From Breznakia blatticola (GTDB taxonomy: Bacteria; Bacillota_I; Bacilli_A; Erysipelotrichales; Erysipelotrichaceae), in NCBI RefSeq assembly GCF_004365815.1, contig NZ_SODD01000033.1, positions 1 to 29,699 of the forward strand: a stretch of 29,699 nt of DNA, given 5' to 3'. The translations under genes and the position numbers were made by a program. Shown here in pieces: positions 24,101-29,699 of this stretch. The notes beneath the pieces were generated by a model. The model was not told the DNA's origin and ran no database searches. It saw nothing but the letters and a program-made list of their open reading frames with translations. Numbering within the stretch: the first letter of the stretch is position 1; every line of letters begins with the position of its first letter.

Positions 24101-27100
24101 AATTCAAAATCGAAATGTGGGTTACCAAGCAAGTATTGCTTTCACACTTCCAGCTTATGATAAAAATCAAAAGGAAGAAAGAACGTACACATTACCACTT
24201 TACGAAAAGAAGTTATATGAATCATATGAAATTGATTATTTATTCTCAGATCATTCAATTATTTATGATTTAACTGAAATCTATGTACGAGGAAAAAATC
24301 TTGGACAAATTAAAGGTGAAGATGGTTTAGATGCCTTAGAAGATGAAACACTGAAGAAACAAATTCAAACGATTCGTATTGGTGGTTCAAGTAACATTGA
24401 AGAAAATGTAAGCATTGATCCAAGCAAAGCTGTCGTAACGGAACAAGGTAGACAACTAAAAGTTGCATTAGATGAAGAAACAAAAAAAGAAATTGCAAAA
24501 ACATTTGATGTGCAAGATGACTTTGGCTATTTATACATTACAGTTGGAACACATACAGTAAAGTATAAAGTATATACAAATGAGAAATTACGTTATGAAC
24601 CATTCTCAATTGTCGGAATTACGCAAGAAGGAAAGACACATAAAATTGTCTTAGCAGATTCCCAACAAGATCTACTTGAAAAAACAAGTGGAAAAGAATT
24701 GTTAATTACGTTAAAAGGTTCGATTCAATATAATCGTGAGACGGAAATTTATGAATTATTAGAAGGTCAAACACTGATGAATGGTGTAATTACCTATACA
24801 GCGTATGGTGATAGTAATATTACCCTACAACAAGACAAAGATGGAATATTGCTTGCAGGAGAAAGTGGAGAATTATCTACAGCAGGTTTCCAATTCTTCA
24901 AATCAAAAGATCGAGAATTCTCTTTACGTCTAGATAAAGGTGTTGCATATACAACGGATGGATACGATATAGAAGGAAAAGAGAACATCCGTTTAGGTTG
25001 GTCAGGTACAGAAGGACTTAACCAAATTAAAAAAGTGAAAGTAATTTCAGGTACAGCAGTTGAACTAGAAGATATTGTTCTACTAAAAGGAAAAATTGTT
25101 TTTGGTGGAAAGATGAGTATTGATGTTCCATTCTCAAGTGTTCCTTTAGCAATGGTCGAGTTACAACAACTTCACATGGCAGTTGAAAATGGAGCGATGA
25201 AAGTCAAAGGTGCGATTGCAAATGGAAGTGCTGAACTTTCAGAAAATTCAATCCCATTCATGGAATTGAGCGCAAGAGCACAAGCCAACATTAATACATT
25301 TGAAAGAACATATGAATTTGAAGCAAGTGTAGATTTTAACGTTTTTGAATTTGAAGGAGAACTAGCGCTTGCACCAATAAGTTCAGGAGCACTTGTGCCT
25401 GACACCCTTGATTTCTATGTTGGGGGAAGTGGAATTCCTGTAATTCCACCAAACATCATGGAATTAACTGGTGGAGGTGGTGGTTTCACCGGATTAAAAG
25501 ATACAATTGATAAAAACTATAAAGTGTATCCACCGATTGTCGCAAATATTAAAGCAAGCATGGCTTTCTTTGAAGTGTTAAATATGAAAGGGCAAATTAA
25601 TGCAGGACCAACGGAGTTCTCATTTGATGCAAGTCCTTCATTTGAACTTGGAAGCATTAAATTTGAACCATTCAATAAACTTGGTGGAGGATTATATCTT
25701 TCAGAACAAGCAATGGAATTAAAATATGAAGTAGATGCCCAAATTTTCAAAGACACGGAATTTATCCGTGGAGGTGGAAAAGGATCTATTGGATATGACT
25801 TTGTGAAGAAGCGTCCAACCTTTAGTGGTAGTTTATATGCACGACTTCAAATTCCAAAGATCAATTTAGGACTGTTTAGCGTAGGTCCAATTAAGTTATT
25901 AGATATTAATCTTGGAATCTCAAGTGATAACATTCATGGAAAATTTAAGATTATTGGAATTGGATTTGGGGTTCGTTACAGTTGGGGAAACAAGAAAGTA
26001 AGTTTCTTCCGTTCTTTACTAGACAATTCGCCAGTACATGACCAAGTGATCTATGATGAAAATCATAATGCAGTAGGACTGATGAGTTTTGGAACCAACG
26101 TAGAAGTTGTTGATCCACAAATGCCATTTGCCTTTATGCGTATGCCACAAACCGAATACACGTATGATAATGTACGTGATACCGAATTCTTAACAATCAA
26201 CGGAACACGTGATCAAGTAATCGTGGAATACTTTGATGAAACAAGTCAAAGTTATGTTCCATATACACTGCATTTCCCGCGTACTACAGCAGCAAGTGAT
26301 ACACAACCGTATACGGAAGAAGAACTAAGTTACGCACATGTAAATGCACTTGATGTTGTAAGTGAAACTGAGAAATCCATGATGGTAAATCTGGATGGAA
26401 ATTTAAGTGCGAAATGGAAAGTGCGTTCAAAAGATGGATCATCGATTGCAGTAACGCGTTTAAATGCAAAACCGATGGAAGAAATCAGTAACTTTACGTA
26501 TGCCAACAAACAAGTGGACTTCACGTTACAAAATTTAGATGATACACAAAGTTATAGTGTTGATGTATATGTGGATAAAGATAAAAATGATATCAGTGAT
26601 GAAGGAATTTATGTAGGGAATTATGAAGTAGATTCCACTTCAATTGTTGATGGTAAAATCACAGGTCAAATTGCTGTTGATTTAGATAGCTTTGCTTCTA
26701 ATTTAGCAAGTGGAGAGTACTATGTACATGGAGTACTTCAAGGTACTTATACAGAAAGTGATAACCAACAAGCAAAATCTGTTCGTCAAACTGAAGATGG
26801 TAACTATGAGCAAACAAATGAAAATGCACGAAGTGTATTTAGTAAAATCGTAGATCAAACCAATACGATTACATTTACGAATGCAAATATGCCTAGCCCA
26901 GTTGAAGAATTTGTTTTTGAAGATCATGGAAGTGATACCTTCAAAGCAACTTGGAAAGCTTCAAGTAATGCAAATAATGAAGCAGCAAGTTATGAAATAC
27001 GTGTACTTGATGAAGATGGAAACCAAGTATACCGTAAAGAAGGAAGTATTGATGGAAGTGATGTTGCATTAAATGATGCACCAGTAATTTATACGATTGA

Positions 27101-28331
27101 TGCAAGTGCTTCAAATGATGATACATATGAAGCAGTGCTTTCGGGATTAGAAGGTGGAAAATCATACAAACTGCAAATTACGCCATTTGTTACTGTGAAA
27201 TCAAAGGCACTTGGTAAAGAAGTTTCAATTAGTGGAACTTCATATGTTAGTGAAATAAAACAACTACGAAAAGCGACATATCCAACACTCGATGTCCAAT
27301 TTGCAAATGCAACGACATTTAATAGCGCTGCAGATGATTTAACTGTATTATCAACAGGAACATATGATTTACATATCCAAAGTGATCAAGATTGTAGTTA
27401 TGAAGTACGTATCAATGATGCAAGTGTTATAAACAGTACAACAAGCGAAGCAAGCTTTACCACAAGTGTTAGCCATGAAGCAGATACATCCTATGCACAA
27501 GTTGTAGTTGTAGCTACTAATGCATATGGTGATAGTAGTTTCTATAGTTATATTTCACAAGTGGACAATCAAGCACCAAATTTATTTGTGGATACAGAAG
27601 ATGGAGTTATTACAACTGATGAAGAAGGTAATTTTACAGTCACTGGAACTACAGAAGCAGGACTATTTATGCATATGAATCTTGCAACTGCAAGTGAACA
27701 AACAGCTGATGCAGAAGGAAACTTTACATTGGTTGGATGTTTACCAGAAAACCAAGAGGAAGCAATGATTACGATTACATCACGAGATTTAGCAGGAAAT
27801 AGTACGGATGCTATGATTCAAGTAAAACGTGCAAAAGAAGAAGTTACATTCTACACAATTCAAGCAACCGCAGGACAACATGGTTCGATTTCGCCAAGTG
27901 GTGAAGTGTTAGTAGAAGCAGGTATGAATGCAAGTTTTAGTTTCAGTGCAGATACAGACTATGAAATTGCAAAAGTAATAGTAGATGGTGTAGATGTAGG
28001 AGTGGTTGAATCCTACAGCTTCACAGATGTAAGTGCAGATCATACGATTGAAGTTGAATTCAAAGAAGTAGAGAAGACACCAGAAATTAAAGATCCAGAA
28101 GAAACACCAAAGGATCCGGAAGGTGAAACTCCGACAAATCCAGATGACAAACAACCAGAAAAAGAAGTAGTTGAAACACTACCAGCTACAAAAGATGATG
28201 ACAAGCAAAAAGAAAGTCATACATCAACTGTACAAGCACAAGATACATCGCAAGTACAGTGGTGGTTACTTGTACTTGGATTATCAATGATGGTATGGGT
28301 TTACACATTCTATCGTAGACAAAGAAGATAA
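21168..28331 (+). CDS. Giant secreted, C-terminally membrane-anchored protein, largely unassignable
   Basis: The uninterrupted ORF has an ATG at 21168 with GAAGGGAG SD and a signal peptide MKKITVVLLSVFIVLTSLQ; the ORF-track start at 21132 lacks an SD. The C-terminus is an acidic/Pro-Lys-rich spacer, hydrophobic WWLLVLGLSMMVWVYTFY and basic RRQRR. A few modules are recognisable (see sub-features). Confidence 0.88.
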   Translation: MKKITVVLLSVFIVLTSLQLPILPKDAKLTEYVTSTKENTTVYVDKDNGRFAILECHDEPHEDRLGTTIFEIEGKVYTYGSSDVALETMFEAPTIDDEGAIQSVWYVKQYQIVQSISFVESDDQKSYGVSIRYDAFENGVPLTNVKAMSIIPITYKDSQTLYFDDTEVKQATTFTDKIPTGFVSSDNDGSVYGQFSSCTSKVQIGSLAQMQNKQFAYATKDDSLEDAALAVTFEGALTETEPYISTIVGYTAKKEVKATEKIATQASSTENYQDTFVTKKGDVNDGVDLLGYLSGTDTKNTLGVKKKVRLGSGTVPDYSAEWVSKDTAPFGFPNVFTYWHENKSRRFLWDVLPGEKTGEVLLVANELFKINRFQNPNTIDAKDGLLWSNSDLNLYMNGEGSDSFATNFNSSELVNMPTSHVVSYSGSKEYNGQTVKLYDETDGRFFLPYYITNAIEKSNSKNQDAQKRLIGFGSDQKTAEETGTTQYYEGGAVGRGAASSFLTEYLGKPNRLFVSEAPYFLRTIQDGKPTVYDFFYQFAKNDSEKVFANTILPMDPDTYMYFRPITKLQVKNIVDIQSEKLTLTQDNVADIEANVGSLTIAGLKDSSQDILKDGLLLEREFSIQSQLPEGANPGSYYLKYKVVDTDENGVRTIVSRGSSSDLTKLSIAPTDLVKGTTYDVYVWLEKSSTTRSNEATRPIHFQASLDESEYSVKADIDASATTESKTLEITDVDGQAKTSFAPYEVVAFKGAKVKNTDTHKLQLRVKRDGTDIEVPYTYDVKSETYRFLMPKGNVTIYVEAISKSQRSISILGKENREYLTNATVSTNSVYANDTVTIDARVDYSDYYLDAVEVYERDYNFELEKTEETPVNVFTDTHIKSFGEESTISFTVPEGEKDFIIYVNVKKKPSYRVEIDLGDMDYIRSTNSAFELYGNKLIAKDVAPGQRIKLDVQSIQAYRGFTVGQLEGVDATNIKVDSQIQNRNVGYQASIAFTLPAYDKNQKEERTYTLPLYEKKLYESYEIDYLFSDHSIIYDLTEIYVRGKNLGQIKGEDGLDALEDETLKKQIQTIRIGGSSNIEENVSIDPSKAVVTEQGRQLKVALDEETKKEIAKTFDVQDDFGYLYITVGTHTVKYKVYTNEKLRYEPFSIVGITQEGKTHKIVLADSQQDLLEKTSGKELLITLKGSIQYNRETEIYELLEGQTLMNGVITYTAYGDSNITLQQDKDGILLAGESGELSTAGFQFFKSKDREFSLRLDKGVAYTTDGYDIEGKENIRLGWSGTEGLNQIKKVKVISGTAVELEDIVLLKGKIVFGGKMSIDVPFSSVPLAMVELQQLHMAVENGAMKVKGAIANGSAELSENSIPFMELSARAQANINTFERTYEFEASVDFNVFEFEGELALAPISSGALVPDTLDFYVGGSGIPVIPPNIMELTGGGGGFTGLKDTIDKNYKVYPPIVANIKASMAFFEVLNMKGQINAGPTEFSFDASPSFELGSIKFEPFNKLGGGLYLSEQAMELKYEVDAQIFKDTEFIRGGGKGSIGYDFVKKRPTFSGSLYARLQIPKINLGLFSVGPIKLLDINLGISSDNIHGKFKIIGIGFGVRYSWGNKKVSFFRSLLDNSPVHDQVIYDENHNAVGLMSFGTNVEVVDPQMPFAFMRMPQTEYTYDNVRDTEFLTINGTRDQVIVEYFDETSQSYVPYTLHFPRTTAASDTQPYTEEELSYAHVNALDVVSETEKSMMVNLDGNLSAKWKVRSKDGSSIAVTRLNAKPMEEISNFTYANKQVDFTLQNLDDTQSYSVDVYVDKDKNDISDEGIYVGNYEVDSTSIVDGKITGQIAVDLDSFASNLASGEYYVHGVLQGTYTESDNQQAKSVRQTEDGNYEQTNENARSVFSKIVDQTNTITFTNANMPSPVEEFVFEDHGSDTFKATWKASSNANNEAASYEIRVLDEDGNQVYRKEGSIDGSDVALNDAPVIYTIDASASNDDTYEAVLSGLEGGKSYKLQITPFVTVKSKALGKEVSISGTSYVSEIKQLRKATYPTLDVQFANATTFNSAADDLTVLSTGTYDLHIQSDQDCSYEVRINDASVINSTTSEASFTTSVSHEADTSYAQVVVVATNAYGDSSFYSYISQVDNQAPNLFVDTEDGVITTDEEGNFTVTGTTEAGLFMHMNLATASEQTADAEGNFTLVGCLPENQEEAMITITSRDLAGNSTDAMIQVKRAKEEVTFYTIQATAGQHGSISPSGEVLVEAGMNASFSFSADTDYEIAKVIVDGVDVGVVESYSFTDVSADHTIEVEFKEVEKTPEIKDPEETPKDPEGETPTNPDDKQPEKEVVETLPATKDDDKQKESHTSTVQAQDTSQVQWWLLVLGLSMMVWVYTFYRRQRR
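22200..22871 (+). other. DUF6273-like module within the giant protein
   Basis: Ordered motifs: FLWDVL...GEVLLVANELF...LLWSNSDLNLYMNG...FATNFNSSELVNM...DGRFFLPYY...PYFLRT...YFRPITKL. These match my recollection of the WxVL / LLS / W..S.LR.WLN / FLLS / YWLRS / GVRPA pattern of that family. Confidence 0.5.
23289..24215 (+). repeat. Three tandem divergent ~100-aa beta-domains (InlB-B-repeat-like / Flg_new_2-like), coding
   Basis: Each unit ends with a strand pattern like YRFLMPKGNVTIYVEAISK, ISFTVPEGEKDFIIYVNVKKK or IAFTLPAYDKNQ...LPLYEKK. A clearer fourth copy lies at 27843-28070 (FYTIQATAGQHGSISPSG...SYSFTDVSADHTIEVEFKEV). Confidence 0.45.
26892..27197 (+). other. Fibronectin type III-like domain
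   Basis: PSPVEEFVFEDHGSDTFKATWKASSN...SYEIRVLDEDG...YEAVLSGLEGGKSYKLQITPF shows the W...Y...L.PG..Y strand pattern typical of FN3. Confidence 0.6.
27561..27830 (+). other. Bacterial Ig-like domain with DxAGN signature
   Basis: VDNQAPNLFVDTEDG...NFTVTGTTEAG...ADAEGNFTL...ITITSRDLAGNSTDAMIQV fits the common D.AP...G.TE....D..G.F....V.A.D.AGN pattern. Confidence 0.55.
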
Positions 28332-28343
28332 AATGAATGAGAG

Positions 28344-28375
28344 GTTATCCAAATTTGGATAGCTTCTTTTCTTTT
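28344..28375 (+). terminator. Rho-independent terminator of the 2387-aa gene
   Basis: GTTATCCA-AATT-TGGATAGC forms an 8-bp stem with one G-U pair, followed by TTCTTTTCTTTT. Confidence 0.7.
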
Positions 28376-28521
28376 GAATACAAAAAACTGTTTGTTTATG
28401 ACATATAGTTATTTTGATTTGTATATACATGGCATACTAGAGAAATCAATACGTTCAAAACGTATATAAAACATGTCCAAATATCGTTATAAATATTTAT
28501 TTTAGTTTGTGATTATTATGA

Positions 28522-28550
28522 TTGATAAGTATTTAGATATTTGATAGAAT
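28522..28550 (+). promoter_or_regulatory. Extended -10 promoter
   Basis: TTGATA (28522-28527), 17-nt spacer, TG-A-TAGAAT (TG at 28542-28543, hexamer at 28545-28550). It lies about 25-35 nt upstream of the next CDS. Confidence 0.55.
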
Positions 28551-28572
28551 GAAATTTGTTGAGGATAGATAA

Positions 28573-29337
28573 ATGGAGGGGAACATGTTCATTAATAAAC
28601 TAGCAATGTTGAAAGTTGCTTTTGCACTTTCACTGCCTTTATCTGCTGGTGTTTGTAATCTACAAAAAGATGCAATTGATTGCATACCAGAAAATCAGAA
28701 TGATAAGTATACGCTCGGGTATCATTTACCTGAAAGAAATGAAATGTATGTACTAACAAGTGTAGGGAAGAATATTCAAATTATTAAAGATGATCTTGCA
28801 GATTATGAATTATCTGCACTTGATTTTACGTTATCCAATGAAGAAACGGTTGGTTTACTGCAAGGTGGACAAATTAAAGCCTTACAACCAGGGAATGTTG
28901 AACTTGTTGTAGAAACAGAAAATCATTTAGAACTTGCAAAATACACAATTGTGGTTGCTGAAAAACATGTGGATTTGCAACAATTACATCCACATTTAGA
29001 AGCAGATTACTTTACCTTTTCTTCTAATACAAATACTTCTACAAATGAAGAACGTTGGTTAAGTAGTAATGAGTCTGTTGTGAAAGTAAAAGATAATACA
29101 ATGCACATTCAAAATGAAGGAACGACGACACTTTGTGAGAAAGAAAAACAAGATATTTGTGGAGATACATCCATTGATGTAAATGTAAAAGCAGATTATA
29201 TTTCGATCGAAGCAAGTGCTGAAGAATCTATGAGTCAAGTACGATATTTGTGTGTCATTCTTGCATCCCTTGGGATTTTTATACTTATTGGTATGAATGA
29301 ATACTACCGACGAAAAGATAGAAAAGAACTACAATAA
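28573..29337 (+). CDS. Small secreted/anchored protein with Big_2-like Ig domains
   Basis: Signal peptide is FINKLAMLKVAFALSLPLSAG. Big_2-like strands include LQGGQIKALQPGNVELVV...AKYTIVV and SSNESVVKVKDNTMHIQNEGTTTL. The C-terminus has a TM segment YLCVILASLGIFILIGM plus basic YYRRKDRK. The start is ambiguous: ATG 28573 (GAGGA SD) or ATG 28585 (GGAGGGG SD). Confidence 0.7.
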   Translation: MEGNMFINKLAMLKVAFALSLPLSAGVCNLQKDAIDCIPENQNDKYTLGYHLPERNEMYVLTSVGKNIQIIKDDLADYELSALDFTLSNEETVGLLQGGQIKALQPGNVELVVETENHLELAKYTIVVAEKHVDLQQLHPHLEADYFTFSSNTNTSTNEERWLSSNESVVKVKDNTMHIQNEGTTTLCEKEKQDICGDTSIDVNVKADYISIEASAEESMSQVRYLCVILASLGIFILIGMNEYYRRKDRKELQ

Positions 29338-29355
29338 AAATAAAGGAGACATTTT

Positions 29356-29466
29356 ATGATACAAGCAATTCTACGATATCTAATGGATATGGTTAGTTTG
29401 TGCTTCTTTATTGGTGTTGGATATATATTTTTTACCTTCTTTCGAATTTCTAATAAAGAGGACTAA
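29356..29466 (+). CDS. Candidate 36-aa single-TM small protein
   Basis: MIQAILRYLMDMVSLCFFIGVGYIFFTFFRISNKED. AAAGGAG SD lies 7 nt upstream. The ORF starts 18 nt after the previous stop and is followed directly by a terminator. It is not in the ORF track (below the length cutoff). Confidence 0.4.
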   Translation: MIQAILRYLMDMVSLCFFIGVGYIFFTFFRISNKED

Positions 29467-29470
29467 AAAA

Positions 29471-29504
29471 CTCAGCGACTTTTATAGTTGCTGAGTTTTA
29501 CTTT
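29471..29504 (+). terminator. Rho-independent terminator of the small operon
   Basis: CTCAGCGAC / GTTGCTGAG form a 9-bp stem (one G-U) with a 7-nt loop, then TTTTACTTTT. The preceding A6 could allow bidirectional function. Confidence 0.7.
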
Positions 29505-29522
29505 TGATGGCACACCGCAGAA

Positions 29523-29614
29523 ACTTGGGGTGAGCAGAAAAAACACAAGTAAATAAGTTGGGGTGAAAAGTACCCCAAACTTCTTAAGAGGACTAACCCA
29601 TATGGGCTAGTCCT
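29523..29614. repeat. Direct and inverted TTGGGGTGA-type repeats and two hairpins
   Basis: ACTTGGGGTGA (29523-29533) and AGTTGGGGTGA (29556-29566) are direct copies 33 bp apart. The second pairs with TACCCCAAACT (29571-29581). A further hairpin is AGGACTA...TAGTCCT (29589-29614). On the minus strand these follow the stop of the edge ORF. Confidence 0.5.
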
Positions 29615-29699
29615 TTATAGCTTTGTGGAATATATACGATAGGTACTATCATCATTGATTGCATAAAGTACTCGATTTCTAAATCGTTCCCAATTGTGA
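29615..29699 (-). CDS. 3' end of an ORF running off the window; C-terminus resembles ISL3-type transposases
   Basis: Minus-strand translation is ...HNWERFRNRVLYAINDDSTYRIYSTKL*. From memory, the (F)xNxxRFRNR(I/V)L motif is typical of the C-terminal end of ISL3-family transposases. Only 27 codons are visible. Confidence 0.3.
   Translation of the reverse strand, partial: HNWERFRNRVLYAINDDSTYRIYSTKL

Noticed and set aside
28179-28193. LPATK (giant protein 2) and LPSKG (18717-18731, giant protein 1), considered as LPXTG sortase motifs.
   Set aside because: Neither matches LPXTG at the critical T-G positions, and both lie 25-30 residues upstream of the hydrophobic segment, much farther than in canonical sorting signals.
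28398-28469. 23-aa ORF (MTYSYFDLYIHGILEKSIRSKRI) in the intergenic region upstream of the Big_2-like gene, considered as a possible signalling-peptide precursor.
   Set aside because: There is no Shine-Dalgarno upstream and no hydrophobic leader or double-glycine/AgrD-like features. It lies upstream of the only good promoter in the gap.
11550-29500. Looked for diversity-generating retroelement, invertible-promoter (phase switch) or defence-system signatures around the giant genes.
   Set aside because: No reverse transcriptase, recombinase/invertase, nuclease/helicase-type genes or template/variable repeat pairs are present. No inverted repeats flank the 21018-21167 or 28376-28572 promoter regions.

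Overview
This is an AT-rich chromosomal segment of a low-GC Gram-positive (Bacillota-type) bacterium; I cannot place it more precisely from sequence alone. The left third (178-11393, + strand) is one tightly packed 14-gene type II fatty-acid synthesis operon: acpP-accB-accC-accD-accA-fabH-fabK-(second FabK-like flavoprotein)-fabD-fabG-fabF-fabZ-acpS-plsC. It has a candidate promoter carrying a FabT-like palindrome, a hairpin terminator/attenuator just after acpP, and a strong terminator after plsC. The right two thirds (11550-29500) look like an accessory cell-surface island with four parts. (1) A 2443-aa secreted protein has a BNR/Asp-box propeller head, 12 Listeria-Bacteroides (Flg_new) repeats, 6 SHIRT-like rod repeats and a C-terminal hydrophobic anchor without LPXTG. 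(2) A minus-strand LytTR response regulator plus AgrC-like multi-TM GHKL histidine kinase has no visible AgrB/AgrD-type partners; it converges on gene 1 and diverges from gene 3. (3) A ~2387-aa secreted, C-terminally anchored protein has only a few recognisable modules (DUF6273-like, InlB-B-repeat-like beta domains, FN3, DxAGN Ig-like) and about 890 central residues I cannot assign. (4) A small operon encodes a Big_2-like anchored protein and a 36-aa hydrophobic peptide. The right edge carries hairpin- and repeat-rich DNA and the 3' end of a minus-strand ORF whose C-terminus resembles ISL3-type transposases. I saw no rRNA, tRNA or CRISPR array. The best candidate for something undescribed is the LytTR two-component pair sandwiched between two giant modular surface proteins, especially the largely unassignable second one. 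All functional links there are inference.
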